A program made the translations under genes and the position numbers. Below, in pieces: positions 8,151 through 15,494 of a stretch of DNA of 16,617 nt (its first letter is position 1; each line of letters opens with the position of its first letter). Location of the stretch: NCBI GenBank assembly GCA_040756235.1, contig JBFLZG010000096.1:1-16617 (forward strand), given 5' to 3'. The notes below the pieces were generated by a model. That model did no database searches and was not told the DNA's origin. It was given only the letters and a program-made list of their open reading frames with translations. The stretch comes from a bacterium. Lineage in GTDB: Bacteria; Desulfobacterota; DSWW01.

Positions 8151-8264
8151 GATGGGGATCGCCGTGATGACCCACAGCCGGGACACAAAGGCAACGGCTG
8201 TGGTGATCAGGATGAAGGCGATGGAGAGGACTGTATAGATCTTCCAGTGCGGGCTTGCGTGCAC
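8151..8264 (-). pseudogene. N-terminal 38-codon fragment of a membrane protein (possibly YeeE/YedE-like)
   Basis: GAGGAG RBS, GTG start, hydrophobic WKIYTVLSIAFILITTAVAFVSRLWVITAIPI, then an abrupt out-of-frame switch to DGC sequence. Family assignment is tentative. Confidence 0.45.
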
Positions 8265-8316
8265 GCAAGAAGTCTCCTCAACTTCTCAGCAGATCGGCCT
8301 TCTTCAGGCGAACGAG

Positions 8317-8682
8317 CTATTTCCCCATGTGTTTCCTGCACAGATCGGCTCGATCTTTCTTGAGAATCGCACTCAGGTTCTTCACGTCTTTCGAAATTTT
8401 CGGATCCTGGGAAAGCGCTCCCGAGAGCCAAACGACCGCCTCTCGGACGAAAGGAGGGCCTGCATGGTTCGACTGACGGTAATACATCCATCGTTCTTCT
8501 TTTCTGCTTTCCACCAGGCGGGCCTGCTTCAGGATGGCGAGATGTTTGGAGACCGTGGAAGGAGCGAGCCCCAGAAGTTCGACCATCTGGCACACGCACA
8601 ATTCCCGCTCCTGCAAAGCGAGCAGCAGACGGACCCGGTTCTCATCGGCCAGCGCTTTCGTGACGGCCATGACTTCATGCAT
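8317..8682 (-). CDS. arsR: ArsR/SmtB repressor (ELCVC type)
   Basis: KALADENRVRLL, ELCVCQM, STVSKHLAILKQARLVESRKEERWMYY, C-terminal DLC. Confidence 0.92.
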   Translation of the reverse strand: MHEVMAVTKALADENRVRLLLALQERELCVCQMVELLGLAPSTVSKHLAILKQARLVESRKEERWMYYRQSNHAGPPFVREAVVWLSGALSQDPKISKDVKNLSAILKKDRADLCRKHMGK

Positions 8683-8699
8683 GATGTGGTCCTTTCGTT

Positions 8700-8744
8700 A
8701 TTGCGCCAATTGGGAAATCTACCCCGCCGCTCCCCTCCCGTCAA
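8700..8744 (-). promoter_or_regulatory. Sigma70 promoter and putative ArsR operator
   Basis: Minus strand TTGACG (8744-8739)-17 nt-TAGATT (8721-8716), overlapping an imperfect palindrome ATTTCCCAATTGGCGCAAT. Confidence 0.75.
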
Positions 8745-8843
8745 CATCCCTCTTGGCTCCTCCGGACGTGACGGATTCGAACGCCGGATGCCGCGCCATC
8801 CGCCCTGGCGAAATTGCGGAACCCGGCGAGAAATCCAGGAACG

Positions 8844-9032
8844 ACCCGCTCGCCGGTTGCGGGTCAGTTCCAGCGCCTTCCTGTCCGCCTCGATGCTCAG
8901 GGCCAGTGCGTTCCTCTCCGCGTCGAGGGCGCGCAGTATGAAATAGTCGGTTGCGACTTCGGCGGCGATGGCGAGCCTGACGGCTTCAACGTCGGCGGCG
9001 TCGGCCTGCTCTTCGGCACGGGCGGATTCCAC
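8844..9032 (-). pseudogene. Internal fragment of NodT/OprM-type outer membrane efflux protein
   Basis: VESARAEEQADAADVEAVRLAIAAEVATDYFILRALDAE...RKALELTRNRRAG resembles the OEP helical repeat; only 63 codons present. Confidence 0.7.
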
Positions 9033-9095
9033 CTCCTCGGTGGCCTCGCACCTCGGGCAGCCGGGCCCGGCAATCCGGATCTCTCGAGCAGGCAT
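9033..9095 (-). pseudogene. N-terminal fragment of small thioredoxin-like (MTH895/TM0996-type) protein
   Basis: RBS GGGAGG, MPAREIRIAGPGCPRCEATEE, parallels MKIAVLGPGCPKC at 14245; fused in frame to the OEP fragment. Confidence 0.7.
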
Positions 9096-9141
9096 GTCGT
9101 CTTCCTCCCTTTTTCCAGTGCTTCGCCCCGCGGCCCCGGAT

Positions 9142-9840
9142 CTACCCTCTGTGCAGAAGCGGCACCACGATGTGAAGATAGACAAAGTAGAAACCCACCA
9201 GGAGAAAGATCCAGCCGGTGAGCTTCCGCAGCCACGCTTCCAGACGGGACGTGTGCTGGAAGATCTTGCTCAGTCCTCGGACTCCGCAGGCCATGGCCAG
9301 GGCAAACGCCACGACGGGCAGCCCCGTTCCCACTCCGTACGCGAGAGGCAGCGAGAAAGGGGCGCTCTGCTGCACGCTCAAGGGAATCAGGCTGCCGAAG
9401 AAGAGTCCGGCCGATACCGGGCAAAAGGACAGGGCAAAGAGCACGCCCAGCAGAAGCGACCCCAGAGCCCCGAGAGACTTGATCCGGGAAACCCGTCTTT
9501 CGGAGAGAACGACTCCCCCGAAGCTCACCCTGATCCACCCGAGCAGAATCGCTCCGGCCAGGATCAGGACCGGCCCGAGAATCTGGTTCATGCGGCTCTG
9601 GAGGAAGAACGCCACTTTGGGAATGTTAAGGAGCGATCCCGCGATCAGCATGCCCAGACCGACGTAGCTCGCCGATCGGCCGAGGCTGTAGAGCACGCCT
9701 GAGAGCAACACCCGACGGGGGCGGTCGACCTCCCGGGTGATATACGAGAGGGCGGCGACATTGGAAGCCAGCGGGCAGGGACTGATCGAGGTCAGGATGC
9801 CGAGCCACAGGGCCGACACAATGGGCAAGAACCATTCCAT
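9142..9840 (-). CDS. arsG: ArsG-family (CcdA/DsbD-like) membrane protein, aromatic arsenical resistance-associated
   Basis: LGILTSISPCPLASNVAA, YSLGR, LLGVLFALSFCPVSAGLFFGSLIP, YGVGTGLPV; directly follows the ArsF-like gene. Confidence 0.8.
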   Translation of the reverse strand: MEWFLPIVSALWLGILTSISPCPLASNVAALSYITREVDRPRRVLLSGVLYSLGRSASYVGLGMLIAGSLLNIPKVAFFLQSRMNQILGPVLILAGAILLGWIRVSFGGVVLSERRVSRIKSLGALGSLLLGVLFALSFCPVSAGLFFGSLIPLSVQQSAPFSLPLAYGVGTGLPVVAFALAMACGVRGLSKIFQHTSRLEAWLRKLTGWIFLLVGFYFVYLHIVVPLLHRG

Positions 9841-9841
9841 G

Positions 9842-10339
9842 TCAGAGGTCCTTCAAATAGGCTTCGATCTCGCTTTGAACGTATTGCTCGAATTTCGCCC
9901 GGTCCTGAACGAGTCTCCAGATATCCGGGAGGTTCTTCCAGCGGATCTCTTTACCGTCTTTGGTCAGGGAAAGGATGAGGGACTTCGTGTACAGACCGTA
10001 TTCCTGAACAAAGTGCTGATTTTCGGGCTCCTCCACGTCGACCGCCCGGAAGACGATCTTTTTCTCCTCAATCTGCTTGGCAAAGTCGTTCTCCACGGTC
10101 TCGCGGGAGTATTCCTCCAGCTTCCTGCATGTAGGGCAACGGAAGGTGGTGTGGAAATAGGTGACCACCACCTGTGCCGCAGAGCTCATCTCCGGCGGCT
10201 TTGCCGTGGCGGCTGAGGAAGGCTCAGCCTCGCTTGCGCCGCTCGATCCCCACGACGTAAAGGCAAGCACCAAGGCCAGAGGCAAGAGAACGGTGGCCGC
10301 GTACCTGGTGGAACGACTCTGAATGCGATCGATGTGCAT
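9842..10339 (-). CDS. arsF: ArsF-family exported thioredoxin-fold protein
   Basis: ATG 10339 after GAGGAG; signal/TM segment; VVVTYFHTTFRCPTCRKLE, VDVEEPENQHF, WKNLPDIW. The longer ORF to 10810 overlaps other genes. Confidence 0.8.
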   Translation of the reverse strand: MHIDRIQSRSTRYAATVLLPLALVLAFTSWGSSGASEAEPSSAATAKPPEMSSAAQVVVTYFHTTFRCPTCRKLEEYSRETVENDFAKQIEEKKIVFRAVDVEEPENQHFVQEYGLYTKSLILSLTKDGKEIRWKNLPDIWRLVQDRAKFEQYVQSEIEAYLKDL

Positions 10340-10365
10340 GACATTCTCCTCATCACGTTGAGAGG

Positions 10366-10611
10366 TCACGGGCATTGGAGGATCCCCCTGCTCCACATGC
10401 AGTCCCCGCAGGGTTGCTCGCACATGCTGCAGTCGCAGAGAAAATCCCGGTCCGGAGCAATGTACCCGCAGCCGTCTGCCAGCCCGCAGTCTCCACACGG
10501 GGAAAACGGAAACTCGACGACCTTCGTCCTGAAATCGGTCCAGGAATGTCGAAGGCACATGGAACAGGAGAGGTTGCAGCGAGAAGTCGTCTCGATGATG
10601 ATGTGCTTCAT
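10366..10611 (-). pseudogene. Internally deleted radical SAM protein (tungsten-cofactor oxidoreductase maturase-like), 81 aa in frame
   Basis: IETTSRCNLSCSMCLRHSW (CxxxCxxC) joined directly to FRTKVVEFPFSPCGDC...PCGDCMWSRGILQCP; barrel core missing; ATGA overlap with the upstream gene. Confidence 0.7.
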
Positions 10612-11453
10612 GGATGAAGTCCCCCCTCCTGCTCGAGGCTCGGGAACAAGCTGAGCAGGGCGGTACGCATAGCTTCATACTCGCTGCGGTAGAGATGGGG
10701 GCAGTCGGTGAGATCCGCTTCCCCGCGGGCAAGGCGGGCGGCAAAGGCCATGCAGGTGGGCTCTCCGCACTCTCTGCAGTTGGTCCGCGGCAACCGCTTG
10801 TAGATTTCAAGGGGCTGCGGACGCTCCCTCTCTTCCGTGCAGGGCTCGATGGAGTCCCGCTTCATCCAGGTCTCGTTGACGAGGTCCTTCACCCAGGCCA
10901 TGGTCCGCCAGCTATCCGCGATCTCGTCCGTCTTGCCCACCGCCAGCCGGGTTCCGTAGAGCGTGACCATCCGCTGCCCCAGAGGAAATCCCAGGGTCGG
11001 GATCTTGGGCGTGTAGACAGCCCCCTTGATCCTTGCGTTCAGGTACGGCATGACCTCCGCAATATCCCGATCGAACTGCGCGATGAAACGGAGCTTGGTT
11101 GCGTCGGCCATGCAGGCCGCCACATAGGTCATCTGCACGGTCTCGAGCAAAGGAACGCCGGTGCCGGGCTCGCACCGAAGCCGCTCGATCCGATCCGCAT
11201 CCGGAGCCGGGGGCCGCCAGTCCACGATTCCGATGTGCAGCCATTCCTCCGTCTTGGAGATCTGCTGAACCTGCCCCAGCTCGCTGCGCGCAACCCGGAC
11301 TGCCGGAGCAGCCACGTCGCGCAGATGGTCGGGGGGATAGACGGCAGCAAAGCTCATGCCATGGGCCGAAAACGCCTGGATCGCGGCCAACGCGAACCGG
11401 TCCTGCGGGTAGACGATCAGGACGGAATCGGGATGAGGGTCGACCACTTCCAT
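10608..11453 (-). CDS. Fe-S cluster-binding protein with C-terminal 4-Cys FeS domain
   Basis: CMADATKLRFIAQFDRDIAEVMPYLNA, then EIYKRLPRTNCRECGEPTCMAFAARLARGEADLTDCPHL. ATG 11453 preferred because ATG 11486 lies inside a REP. Confidence 0.85.
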   Translation of the reverse strand: MEVVDPHPDSVLIVYPQDRFALAAIQAFSAHGMSFAAVYPPDHLRDVAAPAVRVARSELGQVQQISKTEEWLHIGIVDWRPPAPDADRIERLRCEPGTGVPLLETVQMTYVAACMADATKLRFIAQFDRDIAEVMPYLNARIKGAVYTPKIPTLGFPLGQRMVTLYGTRLAVGKTDEIADSWRTMAWVKDLVNETWMKRDSIEPCTEERERPQPLEIYKRLPRTNCRECGEPTCMAFAARLARGEADLTDCPHLYRSEYEAMRTALLSLFPSLEQEGGLHP

Positions 11454-11471
11454 CGTGATCCTAAGTCCGGT

Positions 11472-11496
11472 GGGGCGTAGGGCCATACGCCCCTAC
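11472..11496 (-). repeat. GTAG-type REP
   Basis: Minus strand GTAG-GGGCGTA-tggccc-TACGCCC(C). Confidence 0.7.
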
Positions 11497-11551
11497 TGCC
11501 GCTGAATTGCCTTGCTCAGCACCGACGTGGCGACCGGAGCAACCATGAGAT

Positions 11552-11613
11552 ATTGCGAGGCCCGCAGGGCCGTGGCAACCCCCAGGGAACCGTGGGATCG
11601 CCATGCTCGCAGT
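11552..11613. repeat. Degenerate ATTGCGAG...CTCGCA palindromic repeat
   Basis: ATTGCGAGGCCCGCAGGGCCGTGGCAACCCC...GGGATCGCCATGCTCGCAGT nested inverted arms. Confidence 0.5.
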
Positions 11614-11628
11614 CTCTTGGCCGTGGTT

Positions 11629-11658
11629 GGTGGGCACGCTTCGCTCGGCCCACCCTAC
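11629..11658 (-). repeat. GTAG-type REP
   Basis: Minus strand GTAG-GGTGGGC-cgagcgaagcgt-GCCCACC. Confidence 0.7.
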
Positions 11659-11710
11659 CGAGTGCTCACGCCGCTCGCTCGCGACGTGCAGGCTTGTCAG
11701 GCCGGCCTGC

Positions 11711-12814
11711 TCAGCAGGGTCCCTGGATCTTGGACGAGGTCGCACTGGCGGCCGCCGGCTGCAGCACGGGCACTCCGAAGTAACGCCTGCGGAACCAGAA
11801 CGCCACGTTCACCAGGCTGATGAGGACCGGCACCTCCATGAGCGGGCCGATGACCGCGGCAAAAGCCTGCCCGGAGTTGATCCCGAAGACCGCCACGGCC
11901 ACCGCGATGGCCAGCTCGAAGTTGTTGCTCGCAGCGGTGAAGCTGAGCGAGGCGGACTGCTCGTAGGTGGCGCCCACCCTTTTCGACAGGTAGAAGGAGA
12001 CCAGGAACATCACCACGAAGTAGATGACGAGCGGAACGGCGATGCGCACGACATCCAGCGGCAGCTGGACGATGTACTCCCCCTTCAGGGAAAACATCAC
12101 GAGAATGGTAAAGAGCAGGGCGATGAGGGTGATGGGGCTGATCTTGGGGACGAACTTGGTTTCATACCACTGGCGCCCCTTGGTCTTGAGGCCGATCAAG
12201 CGCGAGAGGACCCCGGCGATGAAGGGGATCCCCAGATAGATGAAGACGCTCTGAGCGATCTCTTTCATGGAGATCTTGACCGTCATTCCTTCCAGGCCGA
12301 ACCATCCGGGAAGGACGGTGATGAAGATGTAGGCATAGAGCGAGAAGAACAGAACCTGAAAGATCGAGTTGAACGCGACCAGGGCCGCGCAGTATTCCCG
12401 GTCGCCTCCGGCCAGGTCGTTCCAGACGATGACCATGGCAATGCAGCGGGCCAAGCCGATGAGAATGACGCCGACCATGTACTCGTGATGACCCGACAGG
12501 AACAGGATGGCGAGCAGGAACATGAGGATCGGCCCGATCACCCAGTTCTGAATCAAAGAAATAGCCAGGACCTTCACGTTGCGGAAAACCTGCCCCAGCT
12601 CCTCGTATTTCACCTTGGCCAGCGGCGGATACATCATGAGGATCAGGCCGATGGCAATGGGGATATTGGTGGTATCCACCTGGAACAGGTTGATGACGTC
12701 CTTAACTCCAGGATAGACGTAGCCGGTCGCCACGCCGATGAACATGGCGAGGAATATCCAGAGGGTGAGATAGCGATCCAGGAAGGACAACCTCTTGGCA
12801 ATTCCGTCGCTCAT
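11711..12814 (-). CDS. acr3: ACR3 family arsenite efflux transporter
   Basis: [72 protein letters not shown] 12814 after GGAGG. Confidence 0.96.
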   Translation of the reverse strand: MSDGIAKRLSFLDRYLTLWIFLAMFIGVATGYVYPGVKDVINLFQVDTTNIPIAIGLILMMYPPLAKVKYEELGQVFRNVKVLAISLIQNWVIGPILMFLLAILFLSGHHEYMVGVILIGLARCIAMVIVWNDLAGGDREYCAALVAFNSIFQVLFFSLYAYIFITVLPGWFGLEGMTVKISMKEIAQSVFIYLGIPFIAGVLSRLIGLKTKGRQWYETKFVPKISPITLIALLFTILVMFSLKGEYIVQLPLDVVRIAVPLVIYFVVMFLVSFYLSKRVGATYEQSASLSFTAASNNFELAIAVAVAVFGINSGQAFAAVIGPLMEVPVLISLVNVAFWFRRRYFGVPVLQPAAASATSSKIQGPC

Positions 12815-12842
12815 CGTTGTTTGACCTCCGTGCAAAGGTGGA

Positions 12843-14012
12843 TCAGAAAAGGGCTCCGTAAACGAGGCCGGTCACCGTGGCCATCACAACCACCAGTGTA
12901 CAATAGGCGATCGTCTTCCTGGGCCCGATGATGCTGTTGATGACGAGCATGCTCGGCAGGGAGAGGGCCGGACCCGCCAAGAGCAGGGCCAGCGCCGGCC
13001 CCTTGCCCATCCCGGCCCCGATCAGTCCCTCCAGGATGGGCACCTCGGTCAGGGTCGCGAAGTACATGAAAGCGCCGACGACCGATGCGAACAGGTTCGC
13101 CTGCGGGGAGTTCCCACCCACCAGCCGGCTCACCCACTCGGACGGGATCAGGCCCTCGTGACCGGGACGGCCGAGCAGAAAGCCGGCGACCGCGACGCCT
13201 GCCAGAAGAAGCGGCAGGATCTGCTTGGCAAAACCCCAGGAAGCAGCCATCCACTCGGAAAGCTCGTCCCGCTTGAACCAGCTCGTCACCATGTAGGCCA
13301 GCGGCAGAAGAAAGGCAGCCGAGATCGCCCACTTGGCCTTGTAGATCGCTGACCAGAGCCCCTCTGCCTGCTGCGGTGAACCCCAGTTCAGAAAGACCAG
13401 AACCGCAACCATGGAGAAGAAATAGACCCCGTTCTTCCACAGGGGCCGGCTCTCCTCGGCAACCTTGCCGACGGCGATCTCGCCCCGATCGGTCCGGGCA
13501 AGCTCCTCCTTGAGAAAGAGGAAGTGCATGAGAAGCCCGATTATCACGCTGAACGAAACAGCGCCCACGGCGCGGGCGATCCCCATCTCGAGACCCAGCA
13601 CCCTGGCCGTGAGAATGATGGCCAGGACATTGATCGCCGGACCCGAGTAGAGAAAAGCAACGGCCGGCCCGAGGCCGGCTCCGCGCGTGTAAATGCCCGA
13701 GAAGAGAGGAAGCACCGTGCAGGAGCAAACGGCCAGGATGGACCCCGATACCGAGGCCACGCCATAGGCCACCACCTTGCGCGCACCCGCCCCGAAGTAC
13801 TTGAGGACCGAGGCCTGGGAGACGAAGACGCCGATGGCGCCGGCGATCAGAAACGCCGGCACCAGGCAGAGGAGAACGTGTTCCCTGGCATACCATTTCA
13901 CCAGGGCCAGGGACTCATGAACGCTCCCCTGAAAGCGCGGCCAGCTCACCGGCAGGAAATAGGCGGCCAGGAAAGCCAGCAGGATGTAGATCAGCTTGCG
14001 TCTCTCGCTCAT
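12843..14012 (-). CDS. arsP: ArsP/DUF318 family permease (organoarsenical efflux-like)
   Basis: [71 protein letters not shown] overlap with the upstream thioredoxin. Confidence 0.88.
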   Translation of the reverse strand: MSERRKLIYILLAFLAAYFLPVSWPRFQGSVHESLALVKWYAREHVLLCLVPAFLIAGAIGVFVSQASVLKYFGAGARKVVAYGVASVSGSILAVCSCTVLPLFSGIYTRGAGLGPAVAFLYSGPAINVLAIILTARVLGLEMGIARAVGAVSFSVIIGLLMHFLFLKEELARTDRGEIAVGKVAEESRPLWKNGVYFFSMVAVLVFLNWGSPQQAEGLWSAIYKAKWAISAAFLLPLAYMVTSWFKRDELSEWMAASWGFAKQILPLLLAGVAVAGFLLGRPGHEGLIPSEWVSRLVGGNSPQANLFASVVGAFMYFATLTEVPILEGLIGAGMGKGPALALLLAGPALSLPSMLVINSIIGPRKTIAYCTLVVVMATVTGLVYGALF

Positions 14013-14245
14013 TTCTCCGAGATCCACTTCTTGATCTGCTCGGGCGCGACCACCTTCCCGGTGGACTTGACCGTGCCGTCGATCACGAGCGCGGGGGTCA
14101 TGAACACGTTGTAACGCGTGATCTCCTTGAGGTCCTCCACCTTCGTGATTTCCGCCTCCACGCCGGCTTCACTCACGGCCTTCCTGGCATTCTCGAACAA
14201 CTGCCTGCATTTCGGGCACCCGGGTCCAAGAACAGCGATTTTCAT
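14009..14245 (-). CDS. Small redox-active disulfide protein (MTH895/TM0996 thioredoxin-like; ArsE-like)
   Basis: MKIAVLGPGCPKC...ITKVEDLKEITRYNVFMTPALVIDG; RBS GAGGAG. Confidence 0.92.
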   Translation of the reverse strand: MKIAVLGPGCPKCRQLFENARKAVSEAGVEAEITKVEDLKEITRYNVFMTPALVIDGTVKSTGKVVAPEQIKKWISEK

Positions 14246-14296
14246 GGAGCCAGACTCCTCTGCGCTATTGATTAAGGGACAGAAAAAACTCGAGGG

Positions 14297-14617
14297 TTAC
14301 AGGATGGCTGCGGATCGCTCCGAAAGCTGCTTTTCGATGATGTCCTGCACGCACTGAAAGAAGCTCACCGCACAAGGCATCAAGAGCCGGTAGTAGACGG
14401 AAAGCCCTTGCTTGCGGTCCAGAATGATCCCGGCTCTCTTCAGAATGCTCAGGTGCTTCGAAACATTGGACTGTGTGGTGCCGACATGACCCACGAGCTC
14501 GCAGACGCACTTCTCTTCCCCCGCCAGGTGCTGTACGATGGCCAGCCGGATCGGATGGGCCAAGGCCTTGAGGACCTCGGCCTGGAGCTCGCATCTCTTC
14601 CTCGCTATTGGGTCCAC
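14297..14617 (-). CDS. arsR: ArsR/SmtB repressor heading the arsP-acr3 operon
   Basis: AEVLKALAHPIRL, EKCVCEL, QSNVSKHLSILKRAG, VYYRLLMPCAVSFFQC; GTG start after AGGAGG. Confidence 0.92.
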   Translation of the reverse strand: MDPIARKRCELQAEVLKALAHPIRLAIVQHLAGEEKCVCELVGHVGTTQSNVSKHLSILKRAGIILDRKQGLSVYYRLLMPCAVSFFQCVQDIIEKQLSERSAAIL

Positions 14618-14635
14618 CTCGACCTCCTACAGGAA

Positions 14636-14683
14636 TAAGTGGTCATTTCGTCATATGGTAAAAAGTGCGCCGGTGCTTGTCAA
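14636..14683 (-). promoter_or_regulatory. Sigma70 promoter of the ars operon with probable operator
   Basis: Minus strand TTGACA (14683-14678)-17 nt-TACCAT (14660-14655), followed by ATGACGAAATGACCACTTAT. Confidence 0.75.
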
Positions 14684-14752
14684 GCGTTCCGACGGCTCTT
14701 TCCTCTAAACCTTTCTCATCAGCTTCCGGCCGGATCCACCTCTGTGGACATC

Positions 14753-14779
14753 TGTAACGTTTCAGAGGCCCATTCCGTC
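14753..14779 (+). promoter_or_regulatory. Putative ECF sigma promoter for the CMD-methyltransferase cluster
   Basis: TGTAACG-tttcagaggcccattc-CGTC; third copy of the motif. Confidence 0.75.
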
Positions 14780-14900
14780 TACCAGGTAAACAAGAGCAAG
14801 AGCCATCTGGCAGTGGAGCAGCAGACTTTCACCAGGCTTCGAGAGACAGGGGCATCGGCAAAGAAACGGGAACCGGAATCGGGAACAGGAGGATGAGGCG

Positions 14901-15167
14901 ATGGATGAAGGGATCAGCATTCTGGTTTGCCTGGGCGCTGCAACCGCGGCAAACTGCGTCCCGTGTTTCACGCACTATTTCGAAAAGGCCAAGGCCGCGC
15001 AGCTTTCACCCGAAGACATCCAGGAGGCGGTAGATCTGGGTACCAAGGTCAAGCACGGGGCGCATATCGTCCTGATCAACCACGTCAGAAATGCCACCGG
15101 TGCAACAAGGCTGGCGGATGAGCAGCCCTGTTGCAGCACAGGATCCGGCAGCTCATGCTGCGGATAG
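14901..15167 (+). CDS. CMD/AhpD-like small CxxC protein with Cys-rich tail
   Basis: LVCLGAATAANCVPCFTHYF...EDIQEAVDLGTKVK; tail PCCSTGSGSSCCG; RBS AGGAGG. Confidence 0.87.
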   Translation: MDEGISILVCLGAATAANCVPCFTHYFEKAKAAQLSPEDIQEAVDLGTKVKHGAHIVLINHVRNATGATRLADEQPCCSTGSGSSCCG

Positions 15168-15219
15168 CGTGCGAAGTCCGGGCGATGGACGGCCGGAGGT
15201 CGAGAGAGGAGCAACAAGC

Positions 15220-15420
15220 ATGGATAGCAGAGAGAAAGAGAACGATCGGAACACGTCAAGAGAGCCCGGGACGAAATGTCCATGTACGGGATTCAAGGAA
15301 ATGTTTGAACGGATGGCACAGGCTTGCCGGGACCAGAAAGGTGCTTTCGATTGCTGTTCGATGATGAAACAGATGATGGATGACCACATCCGGAAGCCAA
15401 AAACGGATAAAGCCGGATAG
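15220..15420 (+). CDS. Small Cys/Met-rich hypothetical protein (66 aa)
   Basis: ATG 15220 after GAGGAG; KCPC...MFERMAQAC...DCCSMMKQMM; fills the gap between two genes. Confidence 0.65.
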   Translation: MDSREKENDRNTSREPGTKCPCTGFKEMFERMAQACRDQKGAFDCCSMMKQMMDDHIRKPKTDKAG

Positions 15421-15494
15421 TCAGGACGGCTGCGATCCAAGTCTCGGAACGGCCAAGGCTTCATGAATGAGCCAAGCCACTGGAGGGTTTCGGT

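Noticed and set aside
8529..9185. 218-aa ORF as an intact gene
   Set aside because: Patchwork of arsG overlap, thioredoxin fragment, OEP fragment, promoter DNA and out-of-frame arsR.
10366..10611. ArsS or ArsL radical SAM (arsenosugar or arsinothricin synthesis) partnering arsM
   Set aside because: The C-terminal Cys cluster fits a different rSAM family and the catalytic core is missing.
9842..10810. 322-aa version of the ArsF-like ORF
   Set aside because: The 5' extension overlaps the Fe-S gene and rSAM remnant; RBS and signal peptide support ATG 10339.
3720..11660. CRISPR array or integron attC sites
   Set aside because: Repeats are not regularly spaced, there are no cas or integrase genes, and no paired RYYYAAC/GTTRRRY boxes were seen.
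5509..11713. Selenocysteine readthrough at TGC-TGA ends (CMD 5509, arsM 6519, arsR 7439, acr3 11711)
   Set aside because: TGA is the usual stop in GC-rich genomes. Readthrough runs into out-of-frame genes, repeats or operator DNA, no convincingly spaced SECIS was seen, and catalytic positions are already Cys.
14639..14896. 85-aa ORF upstream of the CMD gene
   Set aside because: Spans two divergent promoters, lacks an RBS and has no motif.
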